Positions 25,429 through 34,776 of a DNA stretch of 34,776 bases are shown piece after piece. A program made the translations under genes and the position numbers. Position 1 is the stretch's first letter. The number at the start of each line of letters is the position of its first letter. Under the pieces are notes generated by a model. The model did not search any database, was not told the origin of the DNA, and was given only the letters and a program-made list of their open reading frames with translations. The stretch spans positions 1-34,776 of the forward strand of contig JBHICG010000033.1 of assembly GCA_046759445.1 (NCBI GenBank), in the 5' to 3' direction. The stretch is from Candidatus Scalinduaceae bacterium. Lineage in GTDB: Bacteria > Planctomycetota > Brocadiia > Brocadiales > Scalinduaceae.

Positions 25429-26094
25429 ATGATACGACTCTCCCCGACAACGGGCCTTAACCTCTTCCGGGAATGTCCTCGGTGTTTTTGGCTGCACTTT
25501 AATAAGAAAGTAAAACGACCAAGAGGTATTTTCCCATCGCTTCCTGGAGGAATGGATTTGGTGATTAAAAAATATTTTGACCAGTATCGTGGCAAATTAC
25601 CACCGGAAATTGAGGGCGAGGTAGAAGGAAACCTGATGCCTGATCTGGAACTCATGGACAAGTGGCGCAATTGGCGGTCTGGGTTGGAATACCATGATGA
25701 AGACGTTGATGCCGTTTTGTTCGGTGCCTTGGATGATTGTTTGGTTGAAGACAATAGTTATATTCCACTTGATTATAAAACCCGTGGCAGTGCTCCAAAG
25801 GATGGAGATTCAGAAAGATATTATCAAACCCAGCTCGACGCTTACACCTTACTCCTAAACGCCAATGGCTACAAAACCAGGAATTTAGCTTATCTTGTTT
25901 ACTACTATCCTGAAGAGGTACGCGCAAACGGCCTGGTAAAATTCTATATTAAACCAGTTAAGGTTGAAACTGACTTAGAAAGAGCGCATAAGACATTTCG
26001 TGATGCCGTAAGCTTGCTTATGGGGCCAGTTCCTGAACGTTATAGTGGTTGTGAATATTGTTACTGGATTAGTAATAGACTAGGTTTTGAGTAG
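25429..26094 (+). CDS. Stand-alone PD-(D/E)XK nuclease (RecB/Cas4-like superfamily)
   Basis: LSPT.LNLF.ECPRCFW, GALDD...LDYKT, YQTQL..Y and C-terminal CEYC. Confidence 0.85.
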   Translation: MIRLSPTTGLNLFRECPRCFWLHFNKKVKRPRGIFPSLPGGMDLVIKKYFDQYRGKLPPEIEGEVEGNLMPDLELMDKWRNWRSGLEYHDEDVDAVLFGALDDCLVEDNSYIPLDYKTRGSAPKDGDSERYYQTQLDAYTLLLNANGYKTRNLAYLVYYYPEEVRANGLVKFYIKPVKVETDLERAHKTFRDAVSLLMGPVPERYSGCEYCYWISNRLGFE

Positions 26095-26217
26095 GCATGT
26101 GATAAAGTTCGTAATCATTTAGCAACGAATAAGTTCTGATTAAGTTTGCTATACTAGCTGAAAAAACATGTCTTCGTAGTAAAATAAGATTAACCGTTAA
26201 CATGGGAGGAGAACCAA

Positions 26218-26652
26218 ATTAATATCGGCTCAATTATGACCCATGATGTGGTTACAGTAAGGATGGATGATTCTCTAAAGAAAATTCGTAAGATCTTTAA
26301 ATCTGCAGCGTTTCATCATGTTCTGGTTATGGAAGGTCAAAAACTCGTTGGCGTGATATCTGACCGTGATCTTCTAAGAGCAATAAGCCCATATATTGAC
26401 ACACTTTCCGAGAAGACGCGCGATGCTGATACCCTGAGTAGGAAGGCTCATCAAATTATGAGTCGAAAAATCATCACCGTAAATGTGGAAACCGCTATAG
26501 AAACTGCAGCAGGTTTACTGTTGGATAGTGACGTATCCTGCCTTCCCGTTGTCTCTCTTCGAGGTGACGTTAAAGGAATCGTAACCTGGAAAGACATTCT
26601 TATGTTTTACCTGGAGGATACAGAGCCTACTGGCAAGAACAACGACGAATAA
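26218..26652 (+). CDS. CBS-domain pair protein (first ATG at 26236; possible ATT start at 26218)
   Basis: IMTHDVVTV, HHVLV...LVGVISDRDL, QIMSRKIITV and SCLPVV...GIVTWKDIL. GGAGGAG RBS at 26205-26211. Confidence 0.88.
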   Translation: MNIGSIMTHDVVTVRMDDSLKKIRKIFKSAAFHHVLVMEGQKLVGVISDRDLLRAISPYIDTLSEKTRDADTLSRKAHQIMSRKIITVNVETAIETAAGLLLDSDVSCLPVVSLRGDVKGIVTWKDILMFYLEDTEPTGKNNDE

Positions 26653-26750
26653 GAGTTTAGGAATGGCGAAGAGAGTTTTAAAACCGTAAAACAATTCTTC
26701 CTTTTCTCTTTTCTCAGATGAAGATTAAGACTTCTGTAAAATACCATAAA

Positions 26751-26780
26751 TGTCATCTCTGAAACAAGTTCAGGGTGACA
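26751..26780. repeat. REP-like hairpin between convergent genes; possible bidirectional terminator
   Basis: TGTCATCTCTGAA-ACAAG-TTCAGGGTGACA, an imperfect inverted repeat between the CBS gene and the nadC 3' end. Confidence 0.6.
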
Positions 26781-26807
26781 ATCTAGTGTTTCCGCAACAG
26801 ATACTAA

Positions 26808-27737
26808 TTAAATTATCTCAAGTGATATATCCAACGCCCTGGCCGAGTGGGTTATCGCACCAACCGATATCCTGTCCACTCCGGTTCTTGCATATGCCTC
26901 AACATTTTCAAGGTTGATATTGCCTGAGGCTTCTGTCAAGGTGGCTTTGCCTGTAGTCGTATCTCGAACCTTTTCATATTCTCTAACCATCTTTATGGCT
27001 TCACTTATTTTTGCCGGTTTCATATTGTCAAACATAATTATGTCAATACCGGCATCAAGCACATTTTTGACGTGATTCAGATCTTCTATTTCTACCTCTA
27101 TAAGCATCTTATTCGCCTTTTGTTTTCTGGCTTTCTTTACAAGCCCGGAGAAAATACCGTTTTCTTTAAATAATTCTTTAACGCCTATCTCCTGTTGTTT
27201 TGTTTTTATAATATTGAGATGATTATCTTTCACTAATATCTGGTCGTATAATCCCATCCTATGGTTAACTCCTCCTCCAACCCTTACGGCATATTTTTCA
27301 AGGTAACGCCATCCAGGCGTGGTCTTTCGTGTATCCATAATCTGTGCCTTGTATCCTTTAATCTTTTCAACAAATTTATTTGTAAGTGTTGCAATACCTG
27401 TAAGCCTTTGCAAGAAATTTAAAACCAGTCTTTCGGCTGACAATATTGATGTCGTAGAACCTTTTACATTGGCTATTATTGCACCTTTTTTGATTCTTGA
27501 GCCATCTTCAATATTCGAAGTAAAAACCAAATCCTTATCTAAATGTGAAAAGACATATTTGGCAACTGGCAAACCTGCAATAATACCAGTTTCGTTAGCC
27601 GTAAACGTTCCTTCTGATTCAGAACCTTCAGGGACAAATATCTTTGAGGTAATATCGCCTTCACTGATGTCTTCTTTTACGGCTAATTGAACGATGTCTT
27701 TTATATTTTTTATATCAAGGGCAGGCTGCATGTTCAT
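26808..27737 (-). CDS. nadC: Nicotinate-nucleotide diphosphorylase (quinolinate phosphoribosyltransferase)
   Basis: EDI..GDITS, AERLVLNFLQ, DTRKTTPG, NHRMGL.D..L.KDNH, IEVE, IMFDN, EASG and ISVGAITHS. Confidence 0.96.
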   Translation of the reverse strand: MNMQPALDIKNIKDIVQLAVKEDISEGDITSKIFVPEGSESEGTFTANETGIIAGLPVAKYVFSHLDKDLVFTSNIEDGSRIKKGAIIANVKGSTTSILSAERLVLNFLQRLTGIATLTNKFVEKIKGYKAQIMDTRKTTPGWRYLEKYAVRVGGGVNHRMGLYDQILVKDNHLNIIKTKQQEIGVKELFKENGIFSGLVKKARKQKANKMLIEVEIEDLNHVKNVLDAGIDIIMFDNMKPAKISEAIKMVREYEKVRDTTTGKATLTEASGNINLENVEAYARTGVDRISVGAITHSARALDISLEII

Positions 27738-28003
27738 AATAGTTTAAGATATTCTTTTAACAGGATAAAGGCGTTCGGTAGAATTCAGTAAAACGCTTAG
27801 AGAAGGATAATGATAAAAATATTTTGTAAACAACAAATAATCTATCAAAATGATAATTAAAAAATATTGTAAATCTTGATGTGCCACAAGAGAATTCCTT
27901 CTTCTATAATAACAAAGGCGTTAAGAAAAGAAAGCGAAAAGAAATGGGAGAAAACAAAACTACGCAGAAGATGAGAGCCGGCCTCTCGAAGTTGGCTAAT
28001 TTG

Positions 28004-29626
28004 TTATTTTTTCTTCAATAATGCATTATATAGATATTTTAATTCTTCTGACCTCAACAGAAACGACACAGAAAAGAACATAATAAGGGCAACTGTCAGG
28101 GGTATAAAGAGCCTGATGAGTTTAATCAGGATTTCGCCATTCCCACTTGATTGAGGAAGTATTTTAAGTATTAACCAACACGCAATGAACATGAAAAAGG
28201 TTGAAACTATAGTCTTTAGAGATGATGTAAAAATATGCTTTATGCCAGTGATATTGAATTTTCTTTGGAGAATGATAAATAGGATTATTATTTGAACTAT
28301 TGCGCTTATGGCCGTTGCCAATGCAAGTCCCCCCTCACGAAGAAACCAGATGAGTGTTAGATTGAGAATGAGGTTAAGTCCTACCATGCCTGCGCCCACC
28401 TTTACGGGTGTAAGGGTGTCTTGTATGGAGTAAAAGGCCCTTATAATCACGTGAGAAGCAGAGTATGCCCATACTCCAAGAGCATAGAAGAATATGACTG
28501 AAGCCGTTCTGTAAGTTGATTCAACCGTAAAAGCGTTTCTCTCATAAAATAACTCTACGAGTGGTTTTCGTAATAATATTAAGCCTATCGACGCTGGTAT
28601 CCCAATAAATAATACAACCCTTATTGCCTGGTTAAGCGTCTCGGTAAAGTTTGTCCAGTCTTTACGTGCAGCGTGAGTGGAGAAAAAAGGGAATACGGCA
28701 GTTGCCATCGCTATTCCAAATACCCCCAACGGGAATTGAATCAATCTGTCACCATAATACAACACTGATGCGGCTCCTGCCTCTAAGGGATATGGTATAG
28801 CGATTCCCTCAATAAAGAAGTTTTCAACACCATCAGGTGATTTTGCAAATGCTATTGCAATTAAGCTATCCATCAACACGTTTATCTGAACTGCGGCCAG
28901 ACCAAAAATTACTGGTAACATCAGAGCAAAGATGCGTCTTAAACCCGGGTGCAAAAAACTCCAAGAAGGTTTGAAAGTTATTCCTTTGTTTTTCAATGCT
29001 GGCAACTGAATTGCTAATTGAATCAGACCTGCAAAGAGAATTGCAACAGCAACTCCAAATATCTTTTTATCGAGTGTGTCTCCAAATATAGGTGTAAGTA
29101 AGAAGACGCCCGTTATCCAACATATATTTAGGATAACGGGCGCTAGCGCAGGTATAAGAAAGTGCTTAAGTGAATTTAATATTGCCATTGCAAATGCGAC
29201 CATACAGATAAAAAACACATACGGAAACGTTATCAAGAGCAAGTTTAAAACTAATCCCCATTTATAATTAATGAAAGTGACTTTAGGTATTATCAAGAAT
29301 GAAGCTTCCGCCAGAATAACTATGCTTCCAAGAATTATAAAAAGTAGTGTTCCTGTTACACTTACCAGTTCCTGGGCTTCTCTTTTATCCCGGGTTTCAA
29401 GATATTCTGTGAAGACGGGAATAAAGGCGGCACTTAAGGCCCCTTCACCAAAAAGGCGACGGAAGAGATTGGGTATCTTGAAGGCAACAACAAAGGCATC
29501 CCAGACTATGCCAGCGCCAAAAAAACTTGCACATATAATGTCTCTCGCCAATCCCAAAACCCTACTCAACAGGGTACAAATACTTACGGTCTTTGCAGAT
29601 TTTAAAAAGGTTTTCTTTTCATACAT
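28004..29626 (-). CDS. murJ: Lipid II flippase MurJ (MviN)
   Basis: SRVLGLARD, DAFVVAFKIPNLFRRLFGEGALSAAFIP, RLIQFPLGVFG and GGLALATAIS. Confidence 0.95.
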   Translation of the reverse strand: MYEKKTFLKSAKTVSICTLLSRVLGLARDIICASFFGAGIVWDAFVVAFKIPNLFRRLFGEGALSAAFIPVFTEYLETRDKREAQELVSVTGTLLFIILGSIVILAEASFLIIPKVTFINYKWGLVLNLLLITFPYVFFICMVAFAMAILNSLKHFLIPALAPVILNICWITGVFLLTPIFGDTLDKKIFGVAVAILFAGLIQLAIQLPALKNKGITFKPSWSFLHPGLRRIFALMLPVIFGLAAVQINVLMDSLIAIAFAKSPDGVENFFIEGIAIPYPLEAGAASVLYYGDRLIQFPLGVFGIAMATAVFPFFSTHAARKDWTNFTETLNQAIRVVLFIGIPASIGLILLRKPLVELFYERNAFTVESTYRTASVIFFYALGVWAYSASHVIIRAFYSIQDTLTPVKVGAGMVGLNLILNLTLIWFLREGGLALATAISAIVQIIILFIILQRKFNITGIKHIFTSSLKTIVSTFFMFIACWLILKILPQSSGNGEILIKLIRLFIPLTVALIMFFSVSFLLRSEELKYLYNALLKKK

Positions 29627-29631
29627 ATAAA

Positions 29632-30273
29632 TTAGCTCCTTTCAGTCGCCAATTTATTCTTAAACTGCTTTGTGGATGAAAGGATATCTTTTGAACTTAT
29701 AATTGCCGAACATACTGCAACACCTGTGATGCCTGCGTTTAAGACCTCATCTAAATTCTCAAGTGTAATGCCACCAATAGCGATAATTGGAATGGTTATT
29801 TCCTTGGCAACTTCTTGAAGTACCGTAATCCCCACATGTGGTTCATGTTTCTTTGTTTTAGTAGGATAGATGGGCCCGATAGCGACATAATCAGCGCCAC
29901 CTTTCTGCGCATTCCTGGCTTGTACTAAGCTGTGCGTTGATATTCCAATAATCTTTTCATTGCCAATGATGTCCCTTGCCTCTGATATGCTGATGTCATG
30001 CTGGCCCAAATGGACACCATCCGCATTCACTTCCATTGCAACATTAATGCGGTCATTAATAATTAATAATGTTCTATTTTTTATAGTTATGTCATGTATT
30101 TCTCTGGCTAGTGAAATGAATTCGCCGTCTGATATTGTCTTCTCACGCAATTGTATAGCATCAGCTCCACCATTAATAACAAGTTCTGCGGTTTCCTTGA
30201 CTGATTTTGCTGCAAGATTACTACTTATTAAAACATAAAGCCTTACATTACAGAGAGATTCCTGTTTTGTCAT
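29632..30273 (-). CDS. thiE: Thiamine-phosphate synthase
   Basis: QLREK, IINDR, ADGVHLGQHD, IGISTH, GPIYPTKTK and AIGGI. Confidence 0.96.
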   Translation of the reverse strand: MTKQESLCNVRLYVLISSNLAAKSVKETAELVINGGADAIQLREKTISDGEFISLAREIHDITIKNRTLLIINDRINVAMEVNADGVHLGQHDISISEARDIIGNEKIIGISTHSLVQARNAQKGGADYVAIGPIYPTKTKKHEPHVGITVLQEVAKEITIPIIAIGGITLENLDEVLNAGITGVAVCSAIISSKDILSSTKQFKNKLATERS

Positions 30274-30379
30274 CTTATTATGTTATTTCAATAGCTCACA
30301 GTTACGAGTGTTTTAAGAATAATATGAATTACATATCATAATAGCTTATGTACTTCAAGGTCATAGTTTTTGATTTGTA

Positions 30380-30407
30380 TTGACACGTTTGGTTGTCCTG
30401 TTATAAT
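30380..30407 (+). promoter_or_regulatory. Strong sigma-70 promoter of purF-purM
   Basis: Consensus TTGACA-16 nt-TATAAT with an extended -10 TG. Confidence 0.75.
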
Positions 30408-30448
30408 TTTTTATGAAAGACAGAAAATTTCTCAAAGAGGAATTCGAA

Positions 30449-31867
30449 TTGACAAAGGCACGAGAACATTGTGGTTTATTTGGGATTTTTGATTGTGATG
30501 ATGCAGTAGAAAAGGTCTATTATGGGCTTTATTCTTTGCAACATCGTGGTGAAGAAGGTGCAGGAATTGCATCCTCTGGTGGCACACAAATAGCCCATCA
30601 TAAAGGTTTAGGATTAGTAAACGATGTTTTTACTCCACAAATTTTAAAAAGACTAAAGAATCCAAGCGCTATTGGTCATGTTAGATATTCTACTTTTGGT
30701 TCAAGTGATATAGATAACGTACAACCCCTGGTAGTAACATATTCTAAAGGTGAAGTTGCAATTGCGCATAATGGTCAATTGCTTGATGCAAGTAAGCAAC
30801 GAGAAGATTATGAGTTGCATGGATCTATTTTCCACACAACATCAGATACGGAAGTAATCGTACACTTAATGGCCAAACCAAGTCATGTCGAAAGACCGAA
30901 TCTATCCCATGTCTTAAACCATCTAAAGGGTGCATTTTCTCTTTTATTTTTGACAAATGAAGAAATGATTGGCGTACGAGATCCCAATGGTTTTCGACCA
31001 CTCTCATTAGGAAAGATAAATAATAGTTACGTTATGTCTTCTGAAACTTGTGCTTTGGATCAAATTGGTGCGGAATTCATAAGAGATGTTAAACCAGGTG
31101 AGGTAATTTATATAAATAAGAATGGTTTGAAAAGCGAGACATATTGTTCTCCAAGGCGGATTCACCCGGCATATTGTATATTTGAGCTAATCTATTTTTC
31201 TCGTCCTGATAGCAAAGTATTTGGTGAAAGCGTCCATCTTTTCCGCAAGCGGCTAGGGATGAAGCTTGCAGAAGAATTTCCTGCTGATGCTGATATTGTT
31301 ATTGCTGTTCCAGAGGGTGGTAATTCAGCGGCATTAGGCTATTCCATAGCTTCTGGAATACCATTAGATCGTGGATTTATTAGAAATCACTATGTTGGAA
31401 GGTCTTTTATTCAACCAGATCAGGCAAGTAGACATAAAAAAGTTGAGATTAAACTTAATGCTGTATCAGATATTGTGAGAGGTAAAAAAGTTGTAGTTGT
31501 TGATGATTCCATAGTACGTGGAACTACATCAAAATCGAGGTTTGGTCTCTTGCGTAAGGCGGGCGCCAAAGAAATTCATGTGAGGATTAGTTGTCCTCCC
31601 CTTCGTTTTCCTTGCCATTATGGGATTGATTTTCAGATTAAGGATGAATTGATTGCTGCGCGCTATAAGATTGAAGAAATAAAAGATTTTCTGAATGTAG
31701 AAAGCCTGGCTTATCTGAGTGTGGAAGGTATGTTAAGTTGTGCTTCTTCTCCAAGTAATCATTTTTGCAATGCTTGCTATACTGGAGATTATCCTTTGTC
31801 TGTTAAAGATGATGGCAAAAAGATACTTAAAAAGGAAACAAAAAATAGAAATAAAATCACTGTATAG
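30449..31867 (+). CDS. purF: Amidophosphoribosyltransferase (probable start TTG 30449; the track uses ATG 30413)
   Basis: Propeptide then CGLFG, LQHRG, GHVRYST, HNG, PRPP motif VVVDDSIVRGTTS and Fe-S cysteines (FCNAC). GAGGA RBS before TTG 30449. Confidence 0.96.
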   Translation: MTKAREHCGLFGIFDCDDAVEKVYYGLYSLQHRGEEGAGIASSGGTQIAHHKGLGLVNDVFTPQILKRLKNPSAIGHVRYSTFGSSDIDNVQPLVVTYSKGEVAIAHNGQLLDASKQREDYELHGSIFHTTSDTEVIVHLMAKPSHVERPNLSHVLNHLKGAFSLLFLTNEEMIGVRDPNGFRPLSLGKINNSYVMSSETCALDQIGAEFIRDVKPGEVIYINKNGLKSETYCSPRRIHPAYCIFELIYFSRPDSKVFGESVHLFRKRLGMKLAEEFPADADIVIAVPEGGNSAALGYSIASGIPLDRGFIRNHYVGRSFIQPDQASRHKKVEIKLNAVSDIVRGKKVVVVDDSIVRGTTSKSRFGLLRKAGAKEIHVRISCPPLRFPCHYGIDFQIKDELIAARYKIEEIKDFLNVESLAYLSVEGMLSCASSPSNHFCNACYTGDYPLSVKDDGKKILKKETKNRNKITV

Positions 31868-31870
31868 AAA

Positions 31871-32932
31871 ATGGCAGGGTTAACGTATAAAGATGCTGGA
31901 GTAGATATTGAAACGAAGGGTAGTTTTACTACTGATATCTACCATCAGTTGCGCAGGACCTTTGGCCCACGAGTAATAGAAAATCCCGGAGGTTTTGGAG
32001 GGCTTTTTTCACTTAATTATAATTCAAAACTGTTTGCAAAAAAGTACAAACATCCTGTATTGGTGGCTTCCACCGATGGTGTTGGAACAAAGTTAAAGAT
32101 TGCCTTCATGATGAACAAGCACAATACAATAGGGATTGATCTAGTAGCAATGAGCGTTAATGACATCCTGGTTCTTGGGGCAGAGCCTTTGTTTTTTCTA
32201 GATTATTTGGCTTCTGGTAAATTGGTTTCAAAAAAATTAAAAGAAGTTCTCCATGGTATTGCTACCGGATGTTGTGAGGCAGAATGTTCCCTTCTCGGAG
32301 GTGAAACCCCAGAGATGCCAGATTTTTATAATGAAGATGAATATGATTTAATAGGATTTGCAGTAGGAGTTGTAGAAAGAAACAAGATAATAAGGGGTGA
32401 GGAAATAAAACCAGGTGACATAGCCATAGGGTTAAAGTCAAGTGGACTTCATAGTAATGGTTTTTCTTTGGTACGCAAGGTTTTATTTGAAAAGGCCAAA
32501 CTGGATGTAAATAGCAAAATTGAATCCATAAACGGAACCATTGGTGACGAGCTTCTGAAACCAACAAGAATATATGTTAAGCCTGTAAGGAGTCTTTTAA
32601 ATTGTTATAAACTAAAGAAGGTGGTTAAGGGTATTGCGAATATTACCGGAGGTGGTTTAATAGACAATATTCCCAGGATATTACCTCCAGGATGTTCAGT
32701 TCAGATTAAGAAGGGCACCTGGCCTGTACCCAAAATATTTGAAGTAATTCAGGAAATGGGAAATATTGCAGAAAATGAAATGTACCATGTTTTTAATATG
32801 GGGATAGGCATGGTGTTAATAGTTTCAAAGTATTTTGCATCATCTATACTAAAAAAGTTAAACCGAAAGAATGAGGATGCATTTATCGTGGGAAAGGTAA
32901 AAATGGGTAATAGAAGAGTGGAAATTGTATAA
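31871..32932 (+). CDS. purM: Phosphoribosylformylglycinamidine cyclo-ligase (AIR synthase)
   Basis: TYKDAGVDI, GGFGGLF, STDGVGTK, GGETPEMP, SSGLHSNGFSL and FNMGIGM. Confidence 0.97.
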   Translation: MAGLTYKDAGVDIETKGSFTTDIYHQLRRTFGPRVIENPGGFGGLFSLNYNSKLFAKKYKHPVLVASTDGVGTKLKIAFMMNKHNTIGIDLVAMSVNDILVLGAEPLFFLDYLASGKLVSKKLKEVLHGIATGCCEAECSLLGGETPEMPDFYNEDEYDLIGFAVGVVERNKIIRGEEIKPGDIAIGLKSSGLHSNGFSLVRKVLFEKAKLDVNSKIESINGTIGDELLKPTRIYVKPVRSLLNCYKLKKVVKGIANITGGGLIDNIPRILPPGCSVQIKKGTWPVPKIFEVIQEMGNIAENEMYHVFNMGIGMVLIVSKYFASSILKKLNRKNEDAFIVGKVKMGNRRVEIV

Positions 32933-32959
32933 CTTTTTTACTATATACCTTAAAAGTTA

Positions 32960-33685
32960 TCAAGTGGTATGGATTACTATCTTTCTGAAAATTCCGAGAT
33001 GACCAAAAATAGTATATGCACAGAAAAATATAGGTAGCATAATATTCGGATATAATATGAACAAAATAAATAGCGTTGAAAAAACACTGATTAGCATTAA
33101 TAGTTGAACGAAATCGTATTTTTTCTTTAAGACCTCAATGATTTTTATATAATGTATTTTACTTAACATTAGGATACCTAATATGAAAGTAATACTTGGA
33201 AGACATGTTGAAACGATCTGTATTTCTCCCTTGGTTTTGAGATATGTATCAAGTAGTATCAGAGATGCTATCATGCCTCCTGCAAGGGTTGTAGGCAATC
33301 CTGTAAAATATTTACTTCGCGCATTGTCAGAGTTATTTTCTGCTTCGAATTTTGCTAATCGAATTGCGGCACATAAGGTAAAAAAGAAACATACAAACCA
33401 GATGGCAATGTGAGCGTTAAAAACCTCCAACCTGCCAATTAGGAATGCCGGTACTAATCCAAACGTGATCATATCTGCAAAAGAATCTAAATGACCGCCC
33501 CAGGCAACCTTTGTTTTTAATAATCGCGCGATTTGACCATCTAATCCGTCGAATATCATAGCAACAATTATAAGCCACGCTGCATAAGAAAGTTCTTTAT
33601 TTATAATAAATATAATTGCTCCAAAACCACAAGCTAAATTGCCAGCACTGACAATTGAAGGTAATAATTGTTTGATTTTTGTCAT
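32960..33685 (-). CDS. pssA: CDP-alcohol phosphatidyltransferase, phosphatidylserine-synthase-like
   Basis: DGLDGQIAR...G..LDSFADMITFG signature, RLAKF and FTGLPT. Confidence 0.8.
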   Translation of the reverse strand: MTKIKQLLPSIVSAGNLACGFGAIIFIINKELSYAAWLIIVAMIFDGLDGQIARLLKTKVAWGGHLDSFADMITFGLVPAFLIGRLEVFNAHIAIWFVCFFFTLCAAIRLAKFEAENNSDNARSKYFTGLPTTLAGGMIASLILLDTYLKTKGEIQIVSTCLPSITFILGILMLSKIHYIKIIEVLKKKYDFVQLLMLISVFSTLFILFILYPNIMLPIFFCAYTIFGHLGIFRKIVIHTT

Positions 33686-33957
33686 ATTAAATGCATAAAT
33701 TAAATAGTATACTTTAGTCGTTATGTGACTATATCAAAAAATGTACCAAATAACCCCTAAAAAAAAGAGGCTCCTTATCTTTTCTGTAAGTCTTGACTTT
33801 TTAATATGTTATTTATACATGAAAATCATCGTTTGGTAATTACTCTGCACGACTTGGTTGCCAGGTGCAATAAATATTCTGCACTATTTTGTGGGAATGC
33901 TGCATTCTTACGAATAAAATCTAAAATTGAACAATTCTCGAATAGTAAAAAGATAAA

Positions 33958-34605
33958 TTGGATAAAATCGACAACATAATAACCATTCTTAAGCGAGAAA
34001 ACAAGAGATATATTGAACCTATTGTTACAAAAGTTTCCAGGACAAAAAGTCCTTTTAGGGTTCTCATTTCATGCATCCTTAGCTTAAGGACTAAGGACAA
34101 AGTTACCGCCGAAGCTTCAAGCAGACTGTTTAAACTTGCAGACAGGCCTCAACAAATGTTAAATATAAGCACAAAAGATATTGAAAAGGTTATTTATCCT
34201 GTTGGTTTTTATAAGACAAAAGCAAAAAGAATTAAAGAAATATGTAAAACCCTGCTCAATAATTATGAGGGCATTGTACCAGACGACATTAATGAGCTCT
34301 TAAGATTAAAGGGTGTAGGACGTAAAACTGCTAATTTGGTAGTAACACTGGGATACAGAAAGCTTGGGATATGCGTGGACACACACGTTCACAGGATTTC
34401 AAATAGACTTGGCTTAACAAACACGAAGACACCAGAGCAAACTGAATTTGCCTTAAGAAAGAAATTGCCGAAAAAATATTGGATAATTTATAATGATCTT
34501 CTGGTAGCATATGGACAAAATGTCTGCACACCTGTATCACCCTGGTGCAGTAAATGTAAGATATTCAAGTACTGTAAAAGGGTAGGTGTGAAAATTTTTA
34601 GGTAA
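33958..34605 (+). CDS. nth: Endonuclease III (HhH-GPD DNA glycosylase/AP lyase with a 4Fe-4S cluster)
   Basis: LISCILS, GFYKTKA, LKGVGRKTANLV, VDTHVHRISNRLG and CTPVSPWCSKC.....C. Confidence 0.93.
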   Translation: MDKIDNIITILKRENKRYIEPIVTKVSRTKSPFRVLISCILSLRTKDKVTAEASSRLFKLADRPQQMLNISTKDIEKVIYPVGFYKTKAKRIKEICKTLLNNYEGIVPDDINELLRLKGVGRKTANLVVTLGYRKLGICVDTHVHRISNRLGLTNTKTPEQTEFALRKKLPKKYWIIYNDLLVAYGQNVCTPVSPWCSKCKIFKYCKRVGVKIFR

Positions 34606-34776
34606 CAACCGCATCAAGCTAACTACCATATCATTAGCCGTTTAAGCTTTATATAGATTTACATATAATCCAACATTGCTATTTGCCTGCTCAGGCGGTA
34701 GTAGCTTATGCCTGTCGTTAGTTGCGACCCGATGTTGCATAATTGATTGTATGACAAGGAGTTATTCTCCTTGATT

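Noticed and set aside
25270..26230. CRISPR-Cas locus suggested by the Cas4-like nuclease
   Set aside because: No repeat-spacer array or other cas genes anywhere in the window.
27973..27987. GAGAG-CCGGC-CTCTC hairpin after murJ as a terminator
   Set aside because: Only a 5-bp stem with no immediately adjacent U-tract, too weak to call.

Overview
AT-rich bacterial chromosomal segment. The gene content and style suggest an anammox planctomycete such as Ca. Scalindua/Brocadiales, but this is inference only. From left to right: the 3' end of gnd plus zwf (oxidative pentose phosphate pathway); a rhodanese lipoprotein broken by one extra base in an A9 tract; a small ORF behind a sigma-54-type promoter; a lipoprotein with an internal 156-bp duplication; and ElyC/DUF218. 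Next is a compatible-solute cluster that appears to encode both the two-step (GpgP/MpgP-type phosphatase plus GpgS-type synthase) and single-step (Ggs/MgS-like GT2) glycosyl-glycerate routes, with a MOFRL glycerate kinase, a divergent GH15-like hydrolase and an interposed flavodiiron protein. It is followed by a decayed REC-PAS pseudogene, an IS630-type HTH-only ORF coupled to a GGEEF diguanylate cyclase, a membrane-fused spermidine-synthase-like protein, a 57-aa Cys-rich ORF missing from the ORF track, a Kef-type antiporter, an AmmeMemoRadiSam radical SAM enzyme with a twin-arginine leader, a CooT/CooJ-like nickel-chaperone pair without CODH, a stand-alone PD-(D/E)XK nuclease and a CBS protein. 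The window ends in housekeeping genes (nadC, murJ, thiE, purF, purM, pssA-like, nth). Several short palindromic REP/IS-end-like elements are scattered through it. No rRNA, tRNA or CRISPR array was seen. All family calls come from motif recognition, not database searches.
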